A program made the position numbers and the translations under genes. A stretch of 64,000 nucleotides of DNA from the IMG/VR virus record IMGVR_UViG_3300042554_001750, one strand, 5' to 3'. Shown piece by piece: positions 9,834 through 18,251 of the stretch; positions within the stretch are counted from its first letter, which is position 1, and each line of letters begins with the position of its first letter. This DNA comes from a virus (lineage: Duplodnaviria > Caudoviricetes). The notes below the pieces were generated by a model. The model ran no database searches and was not told the DNA's origin. It saw only the letters and a list, made by a program, of their open reading frames with translations.

Positions 9834-9861
9834 ATTATACAGGAAATTTACAATATGTCAA
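9834..9861 (-). promoter_or_regulatory. sigma70-type promoter for clpP
   Basis: TTGACA (9856-9861), 16 nt, TATAAT (9834-9839). Confidence 0.65.
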
Positions 9862-11372
9862 CGCTTCTTTCGCCCTACATCACCGACTTTTAATTTTTGT
9901 GATGGTTTAGATATGGTGCCAGCACCAGTAATATCTTTGGCTTTAGAAACCAAATCCTTTTCACTACTTGAATAATCTACCTCAGGTTCTCCGGGTTCGT
10001 CACTTACACTGTTATCAGTTCTTCCTAGTTTAAAACTAAATCCACCGGCAGTAGGCTCCGTGGAGCTTGATTTGTTCTCAACAGATATTTGACCGTCAAG
10101 TTTAGCAGGCCATTGTGTGGCAAATGTTAATTGACCACCCTTATAATCTGTGTATTGCTGTATGAAATTCATTTCTAATATTTGTAATACTGCATCTTGG
10201 AATTCAGGTAAGCCATCTCTAGAATTAATTGCTTCGGCTACATCTTTTTTAACAGCATAAACTATTTTACCGCCATCAGTTCCTGCACCCGAAACGCTAT
10301 CTATGATACTATTATATTTTGCTGGCATTAAATAATCATCTCGTTTTCTACCTGCTGCAATATTTTCTCTGCACATTTCTACGATGTTTGGATGCTTATT
10401 TGACCATGGCAAATATTTATGAAATTTTTTACTAATAGCTTGGGGATTTACACTGTAAATTAAATCCATTGCGCTGAATGCTTGTTGAATTGTTCCTTCT
10501 TTCTGGCAGATATCAATAAATTTAACTGCATTTTCAAAATTAGGATCATTTCTAATGTAATCAGGAACTTTTAATCCTGATATAGCAGGGGCTGCACCTC
10601 CGCCTGTGCCTTTACTTGAAATGTTTAATGTGTGGCTAGTTTTGGGGTTAGTAACAGTGGCAAAGCTGTCAGCAAGGTTGGTGTTTGCTTTACTGGGAAA
10701 GTTTAAAACTAACTCACCTATATCTGAACCCAACCATTGTTCAAATTGTGCTTTTCTTGGGAAACGACTACGGTCATACAACAACGCCAAAACACCTAGA
10801 TATTCACCTGCGTAATCAACAATAGCCTTTCTAACTTTTTCTTTATTCTTACCTTGATACTCTTCGGGCAACATTACATATTCGCCGGATGTAATGTATT
10901 TTGCTAATTCAATAATAACTTGACCGTAGTCGGTGCTGTTCAACGCCTTATTTTGAACGATTGTTTCATAAAAATCATGTGCAGGAATATTTTTATCTGT
11001 TATTCCTATTTGGCTAGGTTTGACTACTAAACCTTCTTTACCTGCAGTGCTAGCATCTTGACCTGCGGCAACCGCGGCGCCACCAAATTCATTTGTTTTA
11101 GCTAACTTACTTAGGGGAATTTCTCCCCCATCTATTGTTTTAGCTTTTAAAATACCTTTAAAAGTTTTACCAATATGATACATGTTGAAAAATTTGTTAG
11201 CTTCAACTGGATCAATGATAACTTCTTCCCCGTCAACAGTGGTGAACGGTTCTTGTTTTTTGATTTTATCTATAAATTTCTCAAAACGCCAGTCATATTT
11301 TGATATCTCGCCGGCACTTAAGCCAACCGCAGCTTCCGAAATTGTATCTAGAATGTTTAATAAATCACGCAT
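9858..11372 (-). CDS. late protein with head-targeting-like N-terminus and possible PD-(D/E)xK nuclease domain
   Basis: MRDLLNILDTISE|A; YAGEYLG..FPSKANTNLADSF..ISSK; TAAATA 7 nt upstream of ATG. Confidence 0.5.
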   Translation of the reverse strand: MRDLLNILDTISEAAVGLSAGEISKYDWRFEKFIDKIKKQEPFTTVDGEEVIIDPVEANKFFNMYHIGKTFKGILKAKTIDGGEIPLSKLAKTNEFGGAAVAAGQDASTAGKEGLVVKPSQIGITDKNIPAHDFYETIVQNKALNSTDYGQVIIELAKYITSGEYVMLPEEYQGKNKEKVRKAIVDYAGEYLGVLALLYDRSRFPRKAQFEQWLGSDIGELVLNFPSKANTNLADSFATVTNPKTSHTLNISSKGTGGGAAPAISGLKVPDYIRNDPNFENAVKFIDICQKEGTIQQAFSAMDLIYSVNPQAISKKFHKYLPWSNKHPNIVEMCRENIAAGRKRDDYLMPAKYNSIIDSVSGAGTDGGKIVYAVKKDVAEAINSRDGLPEFQDAVLQILEMNFIQQYTDYKGGQLTFATQWPAKLDGQISVENKSSSTEPTAGGFSFKLGRTDNSVSDEPGEPEVDYSSSEKDLVSKAKDITGAGTISKPSQKLKVGDVGRKKR

Positions 11373-11391
11373 AGTTAAGTATTTATGCGTT

Positions 11392-11883
11392 TTAGCATTT
11401 ATATAAGTTTTGATGCCTAAACCATCTGCGCATTCCAAATGCCCGTTTTAGGGGTATGTTTACTTCTTTTAGTTTTTGTTTATAGATAAAAAATGAAGGA
11501 CCGTGGCTCATTAATGGTTCTAAACCCAACTTGTGTCGCTTAAAACTCTCAACATCCCACTGATATTGGTGACACATTTCATGCGCTAAAGTAGCTATTA
11601 GCCATTGTTTGCAAAACCACTTGTCACTTAATCTAATTAGACAACTTGACTTATTTTTCTCTATGACTCCTGACAATCCAACACAATACCCCCAATATTT
11701 TCTGCACCTGGGTAAAATTTCAAATTCTGGGGTGGGAAGTTTGTTGTTAAAAACTTCTTCATTTAATAGCTTAAAAAGATGTTGTACTTCCCGTTTTGAT
11801 GTTCTATAAGAAAGTCTTTTTTGGTAGGTTCTGGATGGTAGTTCCTGAGCCATTAGTCTTTTGATTTGACTTTCTTTAGACAT
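11392..11883 (-). CDS. SprT-like zinc metalloprotease domain protein
   Basis: LNEEVFNNKLP, LAHEMCHQYQ, SHGPSF. Confidence 0.8.
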   Translation of the reverse strand: MSKESQIKRLMAQELPSRTYQKRLSYRTSKREVQHLFKLLNEEVFNNKLPTPEFEILPRCRKYWGYCVGLSGVIEKNKSSCLIRLSDKWFCKQWLIATLAHEMCHQYQWDVESFKRHKLGLEPLMSHGPSFFIYKQKLKEVNIPLKRAFGMRRWFRHQNLYKC

Positions 11884-11986
11884 AGTATTTGTATGTAGCA
11901 TATCTCACTTGCGTAAAAAATGCTGATTTTACGGGAAAAATTGCCATTTGCTTCAGGTCAAGTAAATAGTATTTTAGGAGAAAATT

Positions 11987-12295
11987 ATGGAAATTATTAT
12001 CATTGCTGGCGTTGTAATTCTTGCAGGTTGGTACATCTTTTTTCGTCAACCCAAGAAGTCAGTAAGTGACCCAGTTGTTGCTGCACCATACAAAGTTGAG
12101 GCAGAACCAGCTCCAGTCGTAGAAGCCAAGGTAGAAGCACCTAAGGTTGAAGAAACTGCTGTTCCAGAGACAAAGGTTGAAGCTCAACCCAAAAAGCGTG
12201 CCGCTAAGCCAAAGGCTCCCGCAGCACCTAAGGCTGAAAAGAAGGCCCCGGCTAAGACAGCTAAAGCTAAGTCAACCCCACGCCGAGTTAAGTAA
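11987..12295 (+). CDS. membrane-anchored Lys/Ala/Pro-rich protein
   Basis: N-terminal TM helix, low-complexity tail; AGGAG SD; GTAAATA upstream. Confidence 0.75.
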   Translation: MEIIIIAGVVILAGWYIFFRQPKKSVSDPVVAAPYKVEAEPAPVVEAKVEAPKVEETAVPETKVEAQPKKRAAKPKAPAAPKAEKKAPAKTAKAKSTPRRVK

Positions 12296-12301
12296 TAATT
12301 C

Positions 12302-13000
12302 ATGGGCGTCGGATTTGACGTAATAAGCGATTTGCATTTATCACCAAATGATAGTTTCAATTGGGAAGGTAAAGCAACTAGTTTATATTTGATTGTAGCA
12401 GGAAATGTAAGCTCTGATGTACGAACCATTGGACTTACATTATCCCATCTTTCAAAGTTTTATCAAGGGGTGTTTTATACCCCAGGTGCGCTTGAGTATC
12501 ACGAAGTTTCAGATGTAGATGCTAGAACGGATGAGATATTAAAGATAACGAAAAGAATCGGCAATGTCGCCGTTCTTTACCATCATGTTGTTATAATAGA
12601 CGGCATAGCGGTATTAGGAACAAATGGTTGGTATGGAAATACTAACACTGATGACCCAGTTGCAAACTTAAAAGTTGAATTACTAAGAAATGATGACATT
12701 CATTATCTTAAAAATTCAATAGAAAAATTACAAAAACATTTGGATGTAGCTAAAATTATTGTAGTTACAAACTCAGTCCCTAACACTAATTTATACTTCG
12801 GAGAAATACCCGATTATGTTAGAGGACAATTGCCATTAGATATTGCTCTATATGCGGATACTCAGTCAAAAGTATCTCATTGGGTGTTTGGCACACATGG
12901 AAAAATAGTTGACATTACTGTTAATAACATCAACTATTTGAACAACCCAAGTTATAAAATTAAACCTTACTGGGCTAAAAGACTAGAAATAACTGTTTAG
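12302..13000 (+). CDS. degenerate metallophosphoesterase-fold protein
   Basis: SDLHL kept, but AGNV, PGALE, TNSVP and FGTHG replace canonical motifs. Confidence 0.7.
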   Translation: MGVGFDVISDLHLSPNDSFNWEGKATSLYLIVAGNVSSDVRTIGLTLSHLSKFYQGVFYTPGALEYHEVSDVDARTDEILKITKRIGNVAVLYHHVVIIDGIAVLGTNGWYGNTNTDDPVANLKVELLRNDDIHYLKNSIEKLQKHLDVAKIIVVTNSVPNTNLYFGEIPDYVRGQLPLDIALYADTQSKVSHWVFGTHGKIVDITVNNINYLNNPSYKIKPYWAKRLEITV

Positions 13001-13302
13001 GCTTCTGCTTCAACTTTAATTTGAAGAGGATAACCTTGAGACCTTGCATCTACAGTTACCTCAATGCCTTTTTGCTCTGCAATTTCATAGGGTAAAATAG
13101 CAACAACAGCACTACCTTCTTCATGAATATTTTTAGTTATATTCGTGGCAGTTTCTGTGTTGTAATTAAAATAATCAATTAATGATTTTACTACGAACTC
13201 CATTGTCGTTACATCATCGTTTATGTAAATGATTTTAAACAATGGGGGTTCTTGAAGTGAAAGATTGGGTTTAATCTTAATCTTGGTTTCAGCTTTAGAC
13301 AT
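12997..13302 (-). CDS. clpS: Clp protease adaptor ClpS
   Basis: PPLFKIIYINDDVTTMEFVV, IHEEGSAVV, AEQK, YPLQIKVE. Confidence 0.93.
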   Translation of the reverse strand: MSKAETKIKIKPNLSLQEPPLFKIIYINDDVTTMEFVVKSLIDYFNYNTETATNITKNIHEEGSAVVAILPYEIAEQKGIEVTVDARSQGYPLQIKVEAEA

Positions 13303-13347
13303 ATTGAATCCTTAGTACGGTGCGTATTTCTACGCACCTCTATAATA

Positions 13348-13788
13348 CTATTTATTAAACGAAATAGCAATTTTCTTGGGCTTTTGTTCTTCAGGAACAA
13401 TACGCTCAAGTGAAATTGTAAGAATGCCATCAGCAACAGTAGCACCTGAAACTTCAACATGGTCTGCAAGAGTCCAGGAGCGATTGAAGTTGCGGCTACT
13501 GATACCATGATGTAGGTATTCTACATTTTCTTTTAGTTCAATTGCCTTTTCTCCCTTGACACTAAGTTGGTTCTTTTCAACAGTAATGTCAATGTCTCCT
13601 TCTTTGAATCCTGCTACTGCAAGTTCAATAGAAAACTTATCCTCACTATGTTTCACAACATTGTATGGCGGATAATTTACTTGTTGAGTTGCAGTCTGAC
13701 GCATAAGTTCATCAAACACATTTTCAAATCCGACTGCAAATTTATGGATAGAAGGAATATCCAAGGAACGAAGTGATAGATTTGTCAT
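13348..13788 (-). CDS. ibpA: small heat shock protein (IbpA/Hsp20)
   Basis: NYPPYNVVK, IELAVAGF, YLHHGISSRNF, DGILTISLERIVPEEQKPKKI. Confidence 0.95.
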   Translation of the reverse strand: MTNLSLRSLDIPSIHKFAVGFENVFDELMRQTATQQVNYPPYNVVKHSEDKFSIELAVAGFKEGDIDITVEKNQLSVKGEKAIELKENVEYLHHGISSRNFNRSWTLADHVEVSGATVADGILTISLERIVPEEQKPKKIAISFNK

Positions 13789-13850
13789 ATTATATCTCCT
13801 TTTTTAAGCAAGAATGACATTGTAGACCCGACCATCGGCATCTACATTAC
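13789..13850 (-). promoter_or_regulatory. ROSE-like RNA thermometer in hsp20 5' UTR
   Basis: TCTTGCTT-AAAA-AAGGAGA anti-SD hairpin with bulged G, preceded by hairpin TGTAGA..TCTACA; ATAAATA at 13851-13857. Confidence 0.75.
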
Positions 13851-13893
13851 TATTTATTCTAACAGTAATTCTATATAAAAACTATTTTTTTGG

Positions 13894-14115
13894 TTAAAAT
13901 AACTTTGGGGGAAGAGTTTGGCTTTGGAGATAACGCTGCCAACGTTTTTTAGCTTGATTCTTTGCTAGTTTCTTTTTAATTGTTGGCTTGACATATGACT
14001 GACGGTTTTGTAATTCCTGTAATAATCCATCCTCCGCAATTTTCTTTTTAAATTTGCGAAGTGCTTTGTCCACATTACCGTCATGAACGATAACTTTTTT
14101 ACCTTTTATATTCAT
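13894..14115 (-). CDS. rpsU: 30S ribosomal protein bS21
   Basis: NVDKALRKFKKK..GLLQEL..YVKPT..K; SQTLPPKLF tail resembles betaproteobacterial bS21. Confidence 0.9.
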   Translation of the reverse strand: MNIKGKKVIVHDGNVDKALRKFKKKIAEDGLLQELQNRQSYVKPTIKKKLAKNQAKKRWQRYLQSQTLPPKLF

Positions 14116-15314
14116 ATCAATGCTTTAGGATGAATTACTAATTCCTGATTAATATTTATCTCTTTAATGTTATTTTTTTGGTATCTTTTGATATTATACA
14201 TATGAGGCATTAAAGTTCTTTCTATCTCTGTATGTAACCCGCGGGCCCCAGTTTTCAACTTAATACAATTATCTACTATTTGATCAATAGCTGATTCATC
14301 AAACTGAAGGTCTACTTCATCCAAACTAAAAAGATATTGATATTGACTAATGTAGTTGTTTTTGACATTTAGTAATACTTGCTTTAATTCATCCTTAGAT
14401 AATTCAGTAAGTGTAACGGTAGTAGTAAAACGACCTATAAATTCGGGAATCATTCCAAACTTCGTAAGATCATCTGGGCTTACAGATGATAAATCTTGTT
14501 CTTTGCTTGATTTATTAATCACTGCACTAAAGCCCATTGTGGTGCCTTTAGTGCGGTTCTTTAAGATTTCGCTTAAGCCCACGAATGCGCCACCGGCAAT
14601 GAATAAGATATCTTTGGTGTTTACTTCTATCATTTCACCACCGGGATGTTTACGGCCACCTTGATTGGGGATTCTGCAAACAGTACCTTCTACTAGTTTA
14701 AGTAGAGCCTGCTGAACACCTTCGCCAGATACATCTCTTGTTATACTAGTAGATTCACCTTTACGGGCGATCTTATCAATTTCATCTACGAAAACAATTC
14801 CGCGCTCTGCTTTTTTAACATCGCCATTTGCGGCATTGAGTAGCATGCTAATCATAGATTCTACGTCATCACCAACATAACCTGCTTCAGTTAAGCTTGT
14901 TGCATCTGCTACTACAAAGGGAACATCCAAAAACTTAGCTACACTTTTTGCTAGTAATGTTTTGCCTGAACCAGTGGGCCCGATTAATAACACGTTGCCT
15001 TTGCTTATTGTTAAGTCAGTGGGAGGATAAGTAATCCGTTTATAATGATTAGCAATAGCTACACTTAAAATTGTTTTCGCATCATTTTGACCAATTGCAT
15101 GTTGGTCTAAGTATTCTTTAATAGCTATGGCATCAAATGTAGATTTATCTTTGCTTACATCTTGTACTACTGCACTATCATCGGCTATGAGTTTGTTACA
15201 CAAATCAATGCAGTCATTACAGATTGCAACGCCTTCACTTACTATTAATTTTTTAACAATATCTTTGTGATTACCGCAAAAAGAACAATGGTTCAATGTG
15301 TTTTCAATGGTCAT
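14112..15314 (-). CDS. clpX: ATP-dependent Clp protease ATP-binding subunit ClpX
   Basis: C4 zinc finger CSFC..CNDC, GPTGSGKT, ADATSLTEAGYVGDDVE, VDEIDKI, GGRKHP, MGF loop, GARGL. Confidence 0.97.
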   Translation of the reverse strand: MTIENTLNHCSFCGNHKDIVKKLIVSEGVAICNDCIDLCNKLIADDSAVVQDVSKDKSTFDAIAIKEYLDQHAIGQNDAKTILSVAIANHYKRITYPPTDLTISKGNVLLIGPTGSGKTLLAKSVAKFLDVPFVVADATSLTEAGYVGDDVESMISMLLNAANGDVKKAERGIVFVDEIDKIARKGESTSITRDVSGEGVQQALLKLVEGTVCRIPNQGGRKHPGGEMIEVNTKDILFIAGGAFVGLSEILKNRTKGTTMGFSAVINKSSKEQDLSSVSPDDLTKFGMIPEFIGRFTTTVTLTELSKDELKQVLLNVKNNYISQYQYLFSLDEVDLQFDESAIDQIVDNCIKLKTGARGLHTEIERTLMPHMYNIKRYQKNNIKEININQELVIHPKALI

Positions 15315-15337
15315 AAAGTACTTATCAGGTGTTTTAT

Positions 15338-16993
15338 TTAAGATTTATTTTTAGTTATGAATGTTTCAACGCTTATTTTCTCATTTTCTGTTAGCATGTC
15401 AACATCATATTCACCCGATGAAATTTTATTTGCCAAATACTTCATATATTCATCATCATACAAATAGCTTGATGATATGTGCTTATTAATTTCTATCCAT
15501 TTTCTACCATCAAACTTAAATGCTTTGTTTGGCAATACATCAACTCTAACAAAAATATCTCCTTTGTTTGAGACTCTAGGAAATTCAGTACCAAAATTTG
15601 TTGTAGACTGTTTTATGGCATCAGCATTTAACAAAAACAAGTCTGGGCGTAATTCTTTTAATGCTACCTTACTGAATACTTTGTTTTCAAAACTTACATA
15701 TCCATCCATTAAATCCTTTACAGCACTTTCTTTTGTTACATTTTCTATTTCTATAACAACTTCTTTTGCTGGCTCGGGTGTAGGTTCAGGAGTTGGCTCT
15801 GTGGATTCTTCAGTTACTGGATTATGAATTTTTTGCAAAATTTCTAATTTTTTTCCGATATTGTCAACAGCTTCATCTGACACTTCAACTGGTTCATTAG
15901 TCTCAGTGATAACATCGGGTTTGTAAACTTGCGGTCCTGACCTATCAATGCCGGGAACTTTATCAGACCAGGGGCGATTTAAATAAGCATATTTTGTAAA
16001 GTCAGTTTTTTCGTTGTCAGTACTACTGATTGTAGCTTCGGGTACTTTTTCTTCTACAACTTTTTCTTTTATAGGTTCGGGTTCTTTCCATTCAGTTGGC
16101 CATGGTGTTGACCCTTCAATAGGTTTGTCTAATATTTCTTTTTCTTCTTCCGTGAATGGTCTAATAGTAACACCTTTTGGTTCGGGATTTATGTTAGTGG
16201 CGTCTTTGTCATCATCTACTTCTTTATCCCATTCTTTACTTGAGTTGGCAGCTAGCACAAGTGCAATAGCTAATGGATCAAATACTACAACAAGTAATAT
16301 GATAACCCAACGAACTGCTCGTTCTAGTAAATTACTATCGGGGTTATCACCGTATATCAATGCGGCAACATACTTTATGGGACCAACTTCAGCCTCTACT
16401 TTACGGTTTTCTGCGGCGATCGGTGCTCGTTCTTCGTTTAATCTAGCAATTTCTTTTTGTGCTTCACCAATTTCTTTTTGTAATTTGGTTCTTTCAGATG
16501 CTTGTTGTCTACGAATCTGTACTGCCCGTTCTGCGCCCGCCTCACTATCACCTCTATTTAATCTTGCATCAACTTGAGCATCCATTTGCTGTAATGCTTT
16601 ACGGGCAATATCAATATTGTCTCGTTGGGTTTTTATTTTTTCATCGTACAACGCCAGTTTAGCTTGAACATCACCCGATGTTATGCCAGCATCCATGTGT
16701 GCTCTGGACAAGAATCCAAATATTCCCATGCTGGTTAACAACGCCAGTGCTACAACAGCAGGAACAAGATATAACTTTAGTAGTAATCCAGACTTGTGCC
16801 AGTATTTGCGTAACCATACTGTAGCGGTTATCTTTCCCACTTCTAGGATAGAACCCATAACAATAATGGGTATAACCGCACCTGCGAAGATAGCGGTTAA
16901 TCCAATAATACTGTAATACGCGGCAACTGTGCTAAGTGCTAGTGCTACAAGTAAGGTTAAGTTTGATAAGTTTAATAAATTTTTAAGTGGCAT
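15338..16993 (-). CDS. membrane-anchored coiled-coil late protein
   Basis: 3 N-terminal TMs, long coiled coil, EAEVGPIKY..FDPLA, EPTP repeats. Confidence 0.75.
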   Translation of the reverse strand: MPLKNLLNLSNLTLLVALALSTVAAYYSIIGLTAIFAGAVIPIIVMGSILEVGKITATVWLRKYWHKSGLLLKLYLVPAVVALALLTSMGIFGFLSRAHMDAGITSGDVQAKLALYDEKIKTQRDNIDIARKALQQMDAQVDARLNRGDSEAGAERAVQIRRQQASERTKLQKEIGEAQKEIARLNEERAPIAAENRKVEAEVGPIKYVAALIYGDNPDSNLLERAVRWVIILLVVVFDPLAIALVLAANSSKEWDKEVDDDKDATNINPEPKGVTIRPFTEEEKEILDKPIEGSTPWPTEWKEPEPIKEKVVEEKVPEATISSTDNEKTDFTKYAYLNRPWSDKVPGIDRSGPQVYKPDVITETNEPVEVSDEAVDNIGKKLEILQKIHNPVTEESTEPTPEPTPEPAKEVVIEIENVTKESAVKDLMDGYVSFENKVFSKVALKELRPDLFLLNADAIKQSTTNFGTEFPRVSNKGDIFVRVDVLPNKAFKFDGRKWIEINKHISSSYLYDDEYMKYLANKISSGEYDVDMLTENEKISVETFITKNKS

Positions 16994-17000
16994 CTAATAT

Positions 17001-17228
17001 TTATTCAGAATCGGGCCACGGAATATCTTCAGTCTTTACGCCGAATAAGTGACCAAAGGTATTTACAAACTCGTCAATTTGCATGACTTGTTTTCTAGGT
17101 ATACCCGGACCTTGCTGTAAATGGTATGTAACCCAAGGTACGCCGCCATCCCGAACTTTTATTTGAATAACGGTAATACTGTCACCATCTTCAAATGTAT
17201 GGCTTTTCCCAATTAAATCATTCATCAA
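17001..17228 (-). CDS. hypothetical protein
   Basis: ORF track; operon packing. Confidence 0.6.
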   Translation of the reverse strand: MMNDLIGKSHTFEDGDSITVIQIKVRDGGVPWVTYHLQQGPGIPRKQVMQIDEFVNTFGHLFGVKTEDIPWPDSE

Positions 17229-17766
17229 ATACTTCTCTGTCCAATTCAGCCATTAAATCCTTATAATGTTGATCTTGGGTTTTTCCTTCTTCAGTCAACT
17301 CCACATCACTATCGCACATTGGGCATACATCTTTGGTGCTGTGTGAATCTTCATCACTTTCAAAGTAGTTTTCAATAACTGTGCCATCTTCACGCAAGTA
17401 TTGCGTTTGTGTTTGATACTTAGACCCAGTCCAACGACATTTGGTACACTTATGTGTGGGTTCAGGTTCTTTGTCGGGTTCTATCCAACTAGACTCGTCA
17501 CCTAGCTCATATGTAATTTCGTAACCACCTTTGCGGTCAGTCCAACAATCATCGTATTGGAAGTCCCATTCTATTTCAACATCGTTATCGTAGGCTGCTT
17601 CAATAACTTCGTCAACTGATACTTCGCCATTTTCAATTTGCTCAAGCATATTGGCGATTTCGTCATCATCCAAGTCAGGATAAATTTCACTCAATAGTTG
17701 TTCATCAAGTTCAATAGCATATTGTCTATCGTGTTGATGCCATTCATGTTTAACAAGTGTAACCAT
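17218..17766 (-). CDS. acidic protein with zinc ribbon
   Basis: CTKCRW..CPMCDS. Confidence 0.7.
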   Translation of the reverse strand: MVTLVKHEWHQHDRQYAIELDEQLLSEIYPDLDDDEIANMLEQIENGEVSVDEVIEAAYDNDVEIEWDFQYDDCWTDRKGGYEITYELGDESSWIEPDKEPEPTHKCTKCRWTGSKYQTQTQYLREDGTVIENYFESDEDSHSTKDVCPMCDSDVELTEEGKTQDQHYKDLMAELDREVFDE

Positions 17767-17767
17767 T

Positions 17768-18028
17768 TTATTTATATACCTTTACATTTTTATGCTCTAC
17801 GCTGATGACGGTGCGTGCAACACCAGATTTGATGATAGGCAAATCCAAGATTACATACACCAATGGTGTGGTGTCAGGTCCACCTATTTGGCTGTCATTT
17901 CCAACTGTACCCACAAATGGAATTCCATTCCACTTACCACATACTCGGTCACCGATAAAGTATTTGGGTTTGTAACTTTCTTTTGCAAAGTAATCAGCAA
18001 GACTCGCCATGATTGCACTCCTCGTCAA
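17768..18028 (-). CDS. hypothetical protein (SH3/KOW-like)
   Basis: KYFIGDRV..FVGTVGND..LDLP. Confidence 0.6.
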   Translation of the reverse strand: MTRSAIMASLADYFAKESYKPKYFIGDRVCGKWNGIPFVGTVGNDSQIGGPDTTPLVYVILDLPIIKSGVARTVISVEHKNVKVYK

Positions 18029-18248
18029 AAACGCTATCCAACATTCTCTTAAGTCTATTTACTTCGGTTTTACTCATACGCAAAGTCATAGACATGGTAT
18101 CGTTCATAAGTGTAAGTGTTGCCATTTCATATGTTGAATCATAACCTACTCTATAGAGTTCATTACTAGATTCAATAGAAGGCACATTCAATTCATTTTC
18201 CATGTCAGAAGATTCTTTTACCATAGGTTTTCCTAACCAATTAAACAT
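17994..18248 (-). CDS. hypothetical protein
   Basis: ORF track; follows ligase. Confidence 0.55.
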   Translation of the reverse strand: MFNWLGKPMVKESSDMENELNVPSIESSNELYRVGYDSTYEMATLTLMNDTMSMTLRMSKTEVNRLKRMLDSVFDEECNHGESC

Positions 18249-18251
18249 ATA

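Noticed and set aside
15770-15810. EPTP tandem repeat as a mobile or regulatory repeat
   Set aside because: Short in-frame linker repeat inside a membrane protein
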